Below, piece by piece: positions 63,208-64,000 of a DNA stretch of 64,000 bases. The notes beneath the pieces were generated by a model. The model had not been told where the DNA came from, made no database searches, and saw only the letters and a program-made list of their open reading frames with translations. The position numbers and the translations under genes were made by a program. The DNA is from Octopus vulgaris (taxonomy: Eukaryota): positions 19,034,001-19,098,000 of the forward strand of contig OX597823.1 in assembly GCA_951406725.2 (NCBI GenBank). The letters are read 5' to 3'. The stretch's first letter is position 1, and each line of letters opens with the position of its first letter.

Positions 63208-64000
63208 TTTGATATACTGGACGTCTGAAAAGGGCGGGAACATATTTTAGACCTTGGTTATGTATTAGATGCTTCATCACAATAAATGTGCTTGTTCGAG
63301 GACTAGTTGCGTTTAATTAAAACGTCTCATCGTTCTAAGCCGCTAAAGAAAAAATGCAATTGGCATGTTAACACTTTTGGTCATAGCTCGGCTCATTGAG
63401 GGCCAACTTGTTACGCACACCGATAAATAAACTGGATGTTTGTGTAAGTATTCATTACATATGCACTCTGAAATAATAATAAAAATGACCCCCAAAACTC
63501 CGAGATAAGGTTAAGATTAGGGTGAATATAAAACTTAGCTGGTAGAGTGAGGGTTAAGGTCATGATCGTTGTGTGTGTATATATGGCATTTGGCTCTGCA
63601 ACTGTTTTCTTTTCTTTTTAGTGCTGTGCGTTAATGTTCATGGCGTCCCCAAAATTAACAAATGCCGTTTGTATACAACTGTCAGCTTGTTTGTCTTTCT
63701 TTCTTAAATAATACATAAACACACTCGCTTTCTCTCGCTCTCTTACACACTTTTGAATCTCCGAGACCCATCATTTATGTTATGTAAATACTTTTGACAT
63801 TCAAATAAAAAAAAATCTGTAGAACTGAGAAAAGCCTGGATGAGATCGTTTGAATTGCGTGAAATAGTATCCAAATCTGTCTCAAATATAGTATATCTAG
63901 GGGTTAAAATATATTTAAAAAAAAAAAAAAGCTGGGGTTGTTACATCTAGAAGAGTCGTGATCATAAGTCTGTTTGATCAAGGTCCTATGATGAAACAGG

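Overview
This is an AT-rich, repeat-saturated eukaryotic window. The SINE, microsatellite and transposon landscape points to an octopod cephalopod (Octopus-like; inference). About 52 kb is intergenic and made of tRNA-derived SINEs, RTE and R4/Dong LINE remnants, Penelope-like element (PLE) fragments, Tc1/mariner, Merlin, hAT, piggyBac and Helitron relics, one solo LTR and long microsatellites. Almost all ORF-track entries are microsatellite artefacts. The only recognisable host coding sequence is the first coding exon of afadin/canoe (55295-55402, + strand), followed by an intron running past the window end. The main hidden signal is an RNA-structural layer: about 16-18 minimal type I hammerhead-ribozyme-like motifs, from many unrelated sequence families and on both strands, folded by eye only. 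They include four independent U3-A8 compensatory core variants, a family-level A6U variant, two long-stem-II forms with intact cores, several motifs inside fold-back inverted repeats, and a tRNA-promoter-plus-hammerhead composite that looks like a Penelope-dependent SINE or retrozyme. Boundaries of degraded repeats are approximate.
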